Source: Auanema rhodensis
Lineage: Eukaryota; Animalia; Nematoda
NCBI GenBank assembly: GCA_964057225.1
Contig: OZ059894.1
Location: 5,704,001 to 5,768,000 of the forward strand
Length of the DNA: 64,000 nucleotides
Direction: 5' to 3'
A model generated the notes under the pieces. The model saw nothing but the letters and a program-made list of their open reading frames with translations. It did not search any database and was not told the DNA's origin. Numbering within the stretch: position 1 is the first letter of the stretch; each line of letters begins with the position of its first letter. Positions 11,821 to 23,436 of the stretch are shown here, in pieces. The position numbers and the translations under genes were made by a program.

Positions 11821-13142
11821 TCAATACATTTTTCTGTTTAGGTTTCGAAAAGTCTTTGTTGACATGTAAAACATTTGAAGTATCTTCTGTTCGATCGTGT
11901 GGGCATTCAAAAAAAAATTCATTTACTTTAGAAAAGTCGGTATATGGCAATCAAAAGTTACACAAAACTGACTAGTTCAAGGTATATAGTAATGCTTTTG
12001 ATCAACTAAAAAAATGGAATGTAGAACTGGTTCCTCAAAAAATATTATATTTTTATATTTCGTAAGTTGACATAGCATATATTCAATCAAATTATATATA
12101 ATGAAAACTGATTTTAATAATTTTCCTGTATCTATAAAGAAAAATAGTATTTTTTGGCTATTTTGAATAATCCTTTTTGATGTAACAAAATTTGAGATTA
12201 CGAACATGTTTATTCATTAGAAAAATTTTAAAATATTTCTAAGCACAAAGTTTTTTCTACGCCGTAGCTTCAAACAAGTGAGCTTCAACAATTGAATTTT
12301 GCTACATATCTATAATGAGAATTTGGTTGACGTACAAGCAAATTCTCCCTTTCAAAAAAAATAAACGTTTAGTGTACACCAAACATTCTATGAATAAATT
12401 ACACCTGAAGTCTAGAAAAAACTATTAAACATAATTAATTAATTTTTTTAATAATCAAAATACTTTATTTCTATATTTTTGTAGTTTGTGTAAAAAGATA
12501 TAAGGGTTTCAAAAAGATGTCCGAAGATTTTTGCCCATGACTATATGTACTGCCGATGTTTTATTTGATACTTGATAAATTTAATATGCTTTTCAGAATG
12601 AAAGATAATGATCTTTTGATAACGGAATTGTACAAAGATCCCAATGGGTATTGTATAACGGCCCTGAGTGTATATTTGACTCCAAAACTAGGTATCACAA
12701 CTGTAAATCGTTGTGATGAAATTTTACTTTAGATTAAGGCTTTGTTTAGTAATTGAAAATTATAAGTTTAGTTTGTTCTGATTATAATCATGTTCGCACT
12801 TGGGGTATTCAATTTTAATTTGAAAGTATAATAGCGCACTTTTTAGCCTGGGACCCTAAAAATCAAGTTTTCATAAGATTAGTTTCTACAGACGAAAGTT
12901 GTGACATTAAATTTATACTGATCTGAATTGATATTTAAAATATGTAAAATTAAAACTGTTAATGGATCTTCTATAACATTATTTATTGTTCATGAATGTG
13001 AGAGTTCATCTAGAATTCGGAGTCGCCCAGGAAGCCTCTATTTTCTGGAATTAATACGGGAGCGATTAATTTATACTTCTATTTGATTATTTTTATAGTT
13101 TTCCAATGAACAGATTTGGGATCTGTCTACTGATATGGATCA
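11821..13142 (+). pseudogene. Inverted, internally deleted duplicate of the 3' part of the KCTD3-like gene
   Basis: Colinear blocks are reverse complements of the gene: 11821-11925~15880-15778; 11929-12035~15244-15140 (with an in-frame TAG); 12037-12734~14900-14202 (near identical); 12735-12850~14023-13861; 12860-13142~13675-13393. The identical ORF-track peptides at 11977-12207(-) and 14729-15028(+) reflect this. Confidence 0.92.
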
Positions 13143-16100
13143 TGGTCCGTAACTTATATCACATTCATCTATCAATTGTAATAACTCTTGAGGGGTTGGA
13201 CCAGCAAGACCCTGTCAAGGTGTATAATTACCGCTTGCAGCATAAAATCAACTAACCTGTTGAGATGTACATGGACCTCTCGATACGTTTTTTGCAGCTT
13301 TGATCGATTGTTCCCTATCAGAATATAGTTGATTTTGGGACTGAGAAGGGCCATTTAAAGCAATTGAGGATATTTGTTTGGTGTCCTGATACTGATCCAT
13401 AGCAGTAGAAAGATCCCAAATCTGATTATTAGAAAATTACATAGAAATAATAATAAAAAAATACTTGTATAGCGCCTGTATTAGTTCCAGAAAATAGAAG
13501 CTTCCGGGGACGACTTCCAATTCTAGATGAACTCTCACATTCATGAACAACAAATGATGTTATAGAAGATCCATCAACAGTTTTAATTGTACATATTCTA
13601 AATATCAATTCAGATCAGTATAAATTTAATTTCACACCTTTCGCCTGTAGAAGCTAATCTTATGAAAACTTGATTCGAGTCAGGCACAACTCTTTGTACA
13701 AACACTTGATCACCCTCTTGATCTCCATGAGGACCTTAACCGGTAATGGAATTATGCTAATTCTGATAAAAAAAGTCTCACCAACGTCTGTGTAATCTTT
13801 CTCAATTGAATCATCTGTAGAATCTAACGTCAAAATTTTAAAAGATGCAAGATTAGTGTTCCCAGGCTAAAAAGTGTTTTATACTTTATACTTATACTTG
13901 CAAATTAAAATTGTTACCTGAGTACTGATTTTTCCTCGGAATCGGGTAACAGCCCAAGTGCGAACATGATTATAATCAGAGCAAACTAAACTTATAATTT
14001 TCAATTACTAAAGAAAATCTTAATCGTGTTACCACTGATTAGGTGACTAGTATTTAAAGCAACCCGAGTAATGGGTGAATTATGCACAGTATAACTTTGA
14101 AACAACTGAGGACCATGACCTTGCGTTTCAGGATGTTGTACAACAAGTCTTACAACACCGGAGGAAGTCCCATATGCAATTTCTATCCAGTTTCCGCACC
14201 CATCTAAAGTAAAATTTCATCACAACGATTTACAGTTGAGATACCTAGTTTTGGAGTCAAATATACACTCAGGGCCGTTATACAATACCCATTGGGATCT
14301 TTGTACAATTCCGTTATCAAAAGATCATTATCTTTCATTCTGAAAAGCATATTAAATTTATCAAGTATCAAATAAAACATCGGCAGTACATATAGTCATG
14401 GGCAAAAATCTTCGGACATCTTTTTGAAACCCTTATATCTTTTTACACAAACTACAAAAATATAGAAATAAAGTATTTTGATTATTAAAAAAATTAATTA
14501 ATTATGTTTAATAGTTTTTTCTAGACTTCAGGTGTAATTTATTCATAGAATGTTTGGTGTACACTAAACGTTTATTTTTTTTGAAAGGGAGAATTTGCTT
14601 GTACGTCAACCAAATTCTCATTATAGATATGTAGCAAAATTCAATTGTTGAAGCTCACTTGTTTGAAGCTACGGCGTAGAAAAAACTTTGTGCTTAGAAA
14701 TATTTTAAAATTTTTCTAATGAATAAACATGTTCGTAATCTCAAATTTTGTTACATCAAAAAGGATTATTCAAAATAGCCAAAAAATACTATTTTTCTTT
14801 ATAGATACAGGAAAATTATTAAAATCAGTTTTCATTATATATAATTTGATTGAATATATGCTATGTCAACTTACGAAATATAAAAATATAATATTTTTTT
14901 TTGTATTTTGTAAGGGTGTTCTGGGTTTTTTCAGATATTTTTGTCTGAGAATTTTTGATAACGATTTAACTCTAAGGAATTTTTTTGGGAATGCCCACAC
15001 GATCATTCTGAACAGCATATTGAATTAATCAAGTATCAAATGATAACCTTAATGGAAATTTCTGCATATCTATATAATACATAGAGCCATTCGAACAACC
15101 AAGTAGCAATGAAGATCCAGCAGTATCATAGCAAGTCACAGGAACCAGTTCTACATTCCATTTTTTTAGTTGATCAAAAGCATTACTATATACCTTGAAC
15201 TTGCCAGTTTTGGGTAACTGATTGCCATATACCGACTTTTCCAGAGCGAGAAAGAGCAACCATTTGACTCCCAATAAAGAACAATTTATCTACGGGAACA
15301 CCAAGTGAGAAACTTCCTGAAAATTCACATCAACCGAAAATAAATTGTGAAATTACCTTTTTTACGAGTATCACCATCACTAACTGACCATAAGTGAATA
15401 CTTCCATTTGCTAAAGCTAATACAAGCATTTTTTCGTTACTCTAAAAGTTATATTAATTTTAGGCAATTACTAGATTCTTTTCAACCTGAGCTCCAAATT
15501 TGGTGTTCCATGCGAGGTGCTTTATTACATGATCCATTTGAGATGTTACAAACACTGTCCCCCAGCCAATATACTCCTTCATTTTATATACACAAGCATA
15601 ATATGCATGAGCAACAGCAACTGTGTTGTAATGTGCTCTAACTATCCGAATACTCATAGGATCTTCTACACGAGTAGATTTCATCTGTTGTCTTAATTGA
15701 GAAATCTCATTTTTCGTCTGCAAAACACATTTTCAGAGGTAAAAACATCGGCAGTACATACATAACGATTTAACTCAAATGAATTTTTTTTGGAATGCCC
15801 ACACGATCGAACAGAAGATACTTCAAATGTTTTACATGTCGATGAAGATTTTTCGAAATCTAAATAGAAAAATGTATTGACAATTCATGATTTTAATCTC
15901 AAACTTGTCTCTGCCGATTTGGGAGAGCTGGAAGATTGCTCTGGATCAAAAGATGAATTATGCTAAGAAGAAAAATGAAATATTAGAAAAATTAAACTAT
16001 GAACCTTGAGTTCCGTGTGATTCAAATCAGGAGGTGGTATTAATCCATGAAAAAGTAAAGAACCGCACGAAGATACCTATAGAAAACTAACAGTTATTTC

Positions 16101-16548
16101 AAATTTTTATACTATCATAAAAAAACCTCTAGTTCATCACAAAGCAATAGCCGTCGAACCAATGGAGATAAATTAAAAAACTGAGCTTCGTGTCTCAAAA
16201 TATGTACAGGAAACGAACTAAAGTATACCAAACTTCTATGAAAAAAGTGAAATAACAAACTGACCTCAAATCAACTTGCTTTGTGCGTAAATAATTTAAA
16301 ATAACTTTAAAAACGTCAGGATCGCGATCTATGAATATAGCACCCGTTTCATCGCGCACAGTTGGTATTCGTCCACTTATAAGGCTTAAACGAACATAAA
16401 TATTATCTTGATATAAACAAAGTCACCTGGTGAAAAAGGTGTCAGGAATCCATGTTAAAGTGTTTGTACTTGTGGTGAATCTTCTCCCACCTACATTAAA
16501 ATTTATAATCTGCTCATTTTGTGTCAGTGAGTCATCTTTTGAAGTCAT
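13140..16548 (-). CDS. KCTD3: BTB/POZ + WD40-like protein, KCTD3/SHKBP1 orthologue
   Basis: ATG at 16548 after TTTTTAAG. BTB motifs [27 protein letters not shown] and [12 protein letters not shown]. Family motifs [78 protein letters not shown] and [17 protein letters not shown]. Stop TGA at 13142-13140. Confidence 0.92.
14374..15002. mobile_element. ~630-bp intronic insertion flanked by a 39-bp direct duplication; a related short copy lies at ~15742-15808
   Basis: 14335-14373 and 15003-15041 match at 36/39 nt. Both ends of the insert (aaaacatcggcagtacata; taacgatttaactc..gaattttttt(g/t)ggaatgcccacacgatc) recur side by side in another intron. Confidence 0.6.
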
Positions 16549-16702
16549 CTTAAAAACAATCAGAAACAAGAAAATAAATTCAAAAATATGATACAAATAT
16601 CAAGACAGTTGTAACAGATTGAAACAGATTAATACTCCACACAACTATATATTTAATATGTGAAATAAAAAAATATTATACACAACAAGACCCGTGAAAA
16701 GT

Positions 16703-17676
16703 TCACTTTACAGTTTTTTCAAAAGCGCTGACGTAATTGTTGAAATCTTCATCAGAAAAACAGGTGAAAACTATTCTGTCAATCTAAAAAAAATATAATT
16801 CAACAAAGAAATATACCATAAATTGCCTTTGCATTATCTGCTTCATGAGAAAGCCACTGAAAAATAAATTTCGAAACATCAGCAGCTGCCAATTTGGCAG
16901 GATATCCAAAAACACCAGTTGATATTGAACAAAAAGCCTTAAATATTGATAAATAATAGAACACTGTAAGCTCATTTTACAATAGTGCGAAGATTATTCT
17001 GGGTTGCTAAACGAAGACTACTGTCGTAACAAGAAATTAGCTTATCACGTTCAGATTCTGTAGGTTCACGGCCCCTAGGGATTTTTGGACCAACGGTATG
17101 AATTATGTCTAAAATTCCTCCATTAGTAGATATTTTATATAACCCTTACTTTTGATATGTTTTATCTGACAAGGTGACGTTATCACAGCTGCGCCTGTTT
17201 CGCAACGGCCTATTTTGCGGCATTCAGTCTGAAGTGCTTTTATACCAGCTGCGGCATGAATAGCTCCATCAACACCTCCTCCTAAAATGAAGTAACTCCA
17301 ACAATCACCTTGATTAATAACTACCATAAGCCTATTCAAAACAGAATACAAAACTATGACCATAAATCAAGCAAATTCGTAATGCTAAGAGTACAGAAAG
17401 TTGTCTATATAATTAATAGAAGATACTATGAAACAATTTCAAAAAAAAAGTACATTATATAAGGCTTACTGACCTCCTGCTAATTCATTATTTGCTGCAT
17501 TCACGATACAATCTATCTCCAAGCGTGTTATGTCGCCTTTCCAGATTGAAATTTTACTGAGTATTTTTTCTTCAACTTTTTCTAAATTAAAATAGAAAGC
17601 TTGCTTTTCCATTTAGTTGTATACCTTTCTCAAACACACTCTTTAAAACCTTCCAAGTGCTAATTGATTTAGACAT
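16703..17676 (-). CDS. Macrodomain protein, MacroD1/MacroD2-like (O-acetyl-ADP-ribose deacetylase / mono-ADP-ribosylhydrolase)
   Basis: Spliced translation contains [69 protein letters not shown] and [14 protein letters not shown], ending in TGA at 16705-16703. Start is uncertain: an upstream ATG exon at 17951 may extend the N-terminus. Confidence 0.9.
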
Positions 17677-19098
17677 TCTCTAATTCAAATACATTAATAA
17701 CAGAATACATATTTAAATTAATCTCATGAAATGCAAAGAATATGAAATCCTCAAGCTCTCTGATTTCTCAAAGGATAAATGATGAAAACAGCTTGTATGT
17801 TATTACCTTCGAAAGTTTACGCAAAATACTTTCAAACTTAAACTATTATTTAAAACACTGAATTATATAAAAACCTATCCAATTGAATAGCCGTCCACTT
17901 TATATGGAAATGAGGCTTATATCGAAAGTTACAAACTATGCGCCTTGTCATTTACTTTTGTCGTGTTTAGCGCTTACTTAGTGTCGCCAATGACTGCAAC
18001 CATCCAACGCATCGAACTTTGCTTTCTTCATTTTTTCAACTCACATTTTAAAAAATTTCAGATTTTTAATGCATTGTATTTTAAAAAGGAAACTCTTATT
18101 GTATCTCTTTGAAACCTGATCACATGTTTCATCTGCTACCCGTTCATTTCATCTAAATCTGGTCTTCCTTACCATAAAGGGTCTGTATCTTCGAAGACTT
18201 CTATAGTTCATCAAATGACTATCTTCGCATTCTCTGTGATGGATTGTAATTCTTGATAACAATCGATTGTTATTCCAGTTTAACTTCTCTTTATGCTATG
18301 TTTATTTACTTGTACTGTTCATAATTAAGCTTATCAATGACAACATTTGATTGACAATACTACGACATTAACTGTTGCTTACTTATTATAAATTTTTACG
18401 ATAAATATCTAAATACATATTTGGATTCGTATGTAACATTCTTGATTCACGCTTAAAAATGCAGTTACCTAATAGCTTTAAATCGTTTTTCATAAATTTA
18501 ACTCCATTTTTCCTTATCTATCACATAATTTTTTTTTTCGGTTTTTTTATTTTTGGCAATCTATGGAGAACCATTAACCTTGTCATCGCGAATATGGAAA
18601 AGTTTCTTCCAATTCCTCAGAAAATTTTTATAACTTCTCTTATTATACAGCTTATGCAAGTATATATTCGTGCTCATAGTGAGAGACGTATCCTTATAGA
18701 AACCTTTTATATTTTTTGATCGTTCTATGAGTGTGTTGATTGAATCTGCCGCGTGCGTTGCCGCCTAGTCTTTCCTTCTCTCTTTCTCTCAGCGGCTGAC
18801 GTCTGTTTCTTTCGCTCATCGGCCTGTCCTATCAGTCAGCCTTGTCTTTACCCCACCAACAGAAAGTTGGTCATCTTCTGCTATTTAATGCCACCATTAT
18901 TAGACGTTATTAAATGCATCAACTTTTATTGGTTATAATATTCTTGTATTGTTTGAAGAAATTTCTTGTTTGTAATACTTTTGAACTTCAACCACATCTT
19001 GCTTCATTCACTGTATATTCATTCTATTTTCCTTATTTGTCTGTTTTGCAGTGGAAATATAGTTCTATTCTTTCTTCCCGTTGAAGGCTGTGGCTAAA

Positions 19099-22000
19099 AT
19101 GGAAGGAAACGAGTCTAAGAAGAGGTGAGACCCATGTTTGATTTTTTTCGTCGTGTCTTTGATTTTTCACATCAATTGCCATTTTATCAATTCTTTCGTT
19201 CTTAATGCTTTCCAATTCTTCTCTTGTTCTACCTGGTAAGTAAATAATGGAATCATGCGTCTTTCCTGATATCGATATCAGCTATCAAAGAAAACCTTGT
19301 AAAGGAAAAATACTGGCTAATTTTATCAAATAAACTTCATCTTTAGTGAATCCCTATTTTAATCTGAAATCATATTCAATCTATGCTATTCTTTTCTAAC
19401 AAATATAAATTTTGCTATATAATACTCTAAATGAACTAATACATAGTATTTGAAATTTATTAAATGTAACGCGCAGTTTTCAATAGTTGTTTAATTATAA
19501 AGAAAATCGAATCCTGAAGGGAGTCTGCTCTATCTATTCAAGTATTCTTCTTCTCAGTTTCTCTACTTCGTTTATTTTATGCTATTGTGCTAGTGACGGA
19601 AGTCAGAGCACGATGTCTCGATTACACGAGAGAAAGTAGACAACATTGCTCAGCTAGTATTTGCCAAAAAATCAAGAAAGTTACAAAAAATCAGAACCTG
19701 CGTTATAAATGTGCTTAAGAATGTAGTCAATTACCATATGTGTTCCAGAAACATGGACAAGCGGAGGGAAACCTCAAGGTTTGCTGCTCGGGATCGACGG
19801 GGTAAAGAGTCTCACATATTCAATGATTTGAAAGATGTTGTACCCGTGGTTGAAGATTCTAATGCTATTCATTTGGACCGTATTGCTCTTCTCCGAGTTT
19901 CGGCTGCTTTTTGTCGATTTCGACAACACCTTGGAAGTGGTACAGCTTGTATTTCGTTGTAGTATTATTTATTTTCTATTTGAAACAGTTCTTGGTGACA
20001 AGGTCGAGTCAGATCCTACGGAAAAATCCTTCGGTCTATGGCAAGAAGAGTGTTTAACCGAGTGTCTAGATGGATTTATTCTTGTTCTTAAAAATGATGG
20101 ATCAATTCTATATACAACCGAAAGTGTTTCTGTTTATTTGGGGCATACTCAGGTTTGATTTAGTTATCTTCAGAAAATTGAAAAGCATAAAAATCCTGTT
20201 AACAAGGTACCTGTTAATTTGAGGCGAGAGGTGGGTGTGTTGCCAAAGAATGTTTCCCATTTTCACTCCGATTAGTTGATAAATATCTGGGAGAGAGGAA
20301 ATTAGATATTTTAGTCTTTTTCACGACATGGAATAGTAGGCAATTTAATTAGTATTGGTCTCAGAAATGTCATTATAAAACTATGAAAACCAACTAAATT
20401 TCTTTAATATAGTAGCAATTCTTATATATATGGCTTTTTTCAAAACTATGTTAGAGATACTTAATAAAGAAAATCTGATTGATGAATATGACTTGCAAAC
20501 TAACTCAATGTGTAATTGCAGACGGAAATATGTGGCATGCCTTTCGAAGAATTTGCTCATCCAGAGGATTATGCGGAATTCAAACTACTTGCCTCTCAAT
20601 ATCTTCAAGGTTCCATAAACGATTCAGAAATTAGGTATGTTTTTCAAAGGACAATATTTTGTGTTAAATTTGTTATTTCTAAGATCTGTTGTTCTCCGTT
20701 TAAAATCTATTATCAGTCCTCGGGGTAGAACTCTGAATATGAAAAGTGCTATCTATAAGGTGAGATTATGATATTAGTTTTTTATTCAAGGTGTATTACA
20801 GCCTATAAGTTTTATGATTCGTGGACGATGTTGTGCTGATGGTTGTGTGGTTATTCTTCATGGGATAAGCATGCCTGCTGGAATAGGATCGGCAAATGCT
20901 GCAGCAACAGCTATTGCTAAGGTTGGTACGGCTTGAGTGCCTATTAAAAATTAAAATCATAGGGATCCGAGGCTCAATCTGGAACTTTCCTAACTCGCCA
21001 CAATTGTGATATGCGAATTACGAGCATTAGTGATCGCCTGAATTATCTTTTAAAGAATGAATTGAAAACTCTAATTGGAACCAGTTTTTATGATCTTGTA
21101 CATCCTTGTGACTGCCAAGTCATCAGTCAGGTATATTGAGAGCGGTACTAGAGTAACCAATCAATTTGATTCAGGCAATGAAAGAAATGTTTACTAAGGG
21201 GCATGTAAGAACACCATATTACCGGCTACTAGCTGCTAATAAAACTGTGGCTTGGGTGGTTACCGAAGCTAACATCATTAAACACACCTCAAAGGGTCAA
21301 GCTGGACAGTATGTTATTTGCCTTCACTATCTTGTTGGGTATGAATTTCCACAAAATGAATATAAAAGAATCTCCCTGTTCAGGACACAATCAGAATCTG
21401 ATTCCTTTATTGTCCCAACTGAGACTTCTGATGTTCGTATCATGAACCTTAAGAAGGAACTTCCTGATTGTGGAGGTTTGTTTGCAAAGTTTTATAACTC
21501 ATTCTTATTTTCTTATTTAGTAGCTTCTGAATATGCTGGCCGTCAACCTGAAGTAATTGATGCTGAATTTGTTCCAGTTTTCAGTGGTGGAAAATTTGTT
21601 GAAGAAAGAGTAATGAGCCCATTGATGCCATCCGGAGGTACGCATATGATTTTTAGCAACATTTTCTCCTTGGTAATGTAGTGGTTTTTCTTTAACTTAA
21701 CCAGTTGGTAAAATAACTATTTTACAATAGGTTTTTGTTGTGAGGACCCCGTTGTTGAAAACGAAAAATTAGGGAAAAGGATAGATTCCAAAGAGTCCCT
21801 TTTAAGTTTTATGGAATCAGATTCTATCGACAGTGATGCTGATGAAGAGGAGGTCTTTTGCCTTAAATTCTTTCCATTCTTCATAAAATGAAGAAGTTTT
21901 GTGTCTAAATTTGCCCCTCGTTGTCATCGTCTCTGCTTCTAGGAAGTTGAAAAAATTGAACTTAAAAGTTAAATAGCGCTATGTCATGTGAAGAATATCT

Positions 22001-23193
22001 ATCCTAACCAATTAAAGATATACACTCGTTAAACACTGAAGTTTTGTTTTGCAGATCGTTCGAACAACTACGACGAAATTTACAGCTGGTTTTCTGCAGA
22101 TAAGTCGAGCGGAACGATTGAAGCACGCAATGTTCGTTTTATTTTTATCTAAATTTCACCTCCTTTTTTTCAGAGACAAAGTTCAGCTGGCGACCCCACT
22201 TTGGCCTCGGCACAAGTCATGGCTAAAGCCTCTTCAACCTCGAAACAAGAAGCAAATGTATCCTACTCCGGAAACACTGGAGGATGTAAGATCTACACAT
22301 AAAGTTCAAACTCATTCAGCTTTTGCAGGCACGAACAATTCTATGTTCTCTGAAAATACCCATGCTTACCGGCCGAAATCGCCGGTCGCCTTCTCCCACT
22401 GCAATCAATCTGTGGAATGTATCGCAACCCCCAATACTTTATCCGGCGTTCCCCCCATTTGTGTACCCGGTATCACACGTTTACGAATATTATTTTATTC
22501 TTAGTATTTCTAGACAATAACTCTCTGTCGTCCGATGGAATACGACGGTCCTCCGGAGTGTACCCCTTTATGCCTACTGCCCATTCTTCAGGACCCTCAG
22601 TATCCCAGCCAATTATGAGTAATTTATACAACCCAGAAACTCAAACTACAGGTGTGCATTTAATTATGAAGCATTAAACTAATTAATATTTAGATCATCA
22701 TCAATGGGAAGATTTAACGGGTCTAGCTCCTTATGTGCCATATGAAGACGAAGTAAGAATTTACATTTACAACATTGAAATAATTATGCATAATTTCCAG
22801 ATACATTATCCAATAGAGTTCCTGCCTGATGATTTACAAGAATTTTTACAAGATTTGCCTGAATGGAACGCAGAAGAACCCCTTATACCACCAGGTCCCA
22901 AGCCAGCGGTTTGAGAGTTTTACAGTTGAATTTGTGTTCATTTCAATTTTAGATAAATGCAGTTCATCGACAAAATCAACAACATGAATTGTACAAAGCC
23001 AATAATGTTTATAAGGGATTTGAATCGTCTTCAACTAATATGAATATGCCAGGTATAATCGTATTCTTCTATTGTCCTAATTTTGTCGATTGTTGTAGAT
23101 ACGAATCAATCAGGATATCCCCAAACATACTGGCAAGAACCAACCCCTGATACCTGGGATTGTAATAGATTTTCTCATAACGTAATATCTTAG
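19099..23193 (+). CDS. hif-1: Hypoxia-inducible factor alpha (bHLH-PAS)
   Basis: Exon 1 19099-19124 (MEGNESKKR) splices to [31 protein letters not shown] (bHLH). PAS-A: [33 protein letters not shown]: [24 protein letters not shown]. Oxygen-dependent degradation (ODD) motif LTGLAPY at 22714-22734. Last exon ends at TAG 23191-23193. Confidence 0.95.
19441..19530 (+). repeat. 90-bp dispersed repeat, copy 2, in hif-1 intron 1
   Basis: Near-identical to 11204-11293. Confidence 0.9.
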
Positions 23194-23355
23194 GTAGAGT
23201 TCTCTTGTGTCTTCTAATCATCTTTAACATTTTCTTCTGTTTCTTGTTTCTGCTCAATTTAATTTCCAATATGATTTTTTTGTTGTACTACTACTATGTT
23301 CATATTTAGTCATTATAGATAGATTCTGTTATTAATCACCTTAGTTTTGTAATTT

Positions 23356-23358
<3 letters not shown>

Positions 23359-23433
<75 letters not shown>
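23359..23433. repeat. (TA)n microsatellite in or near the hif-1 3'UTR
   Basis: Uninterrupted TA run of ~75 bp. Confidence 0.95.

Positions 23434-23436
<3 letters not shown>

Noticed and set aside
11604-11975. 123-aa + strand ORF as a gene
   Set aside because: Starts at a non-ATG codon, spans the junction of unrelated blocks (protease remnant, intron copy, exon copy) and has no recognisable domain.
11977-15028. Twin ORFs [15 protein letters not shown]... at 11977-12207(-) and 14729-15028(+) as a duplicated gene
   Set aside because: They are AT-rich intronic sequence mirrored by the inverted duplication and have no protein-like features.
19613-19635. Alternative hif-1 start MSRLHERK
   Set aside because: It is phase-compatible, but its donor (GTAGAC) is weak. 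The 19099 exon has a strong donor and matches the known N-terminus better. It remains possible as a minor isoform.
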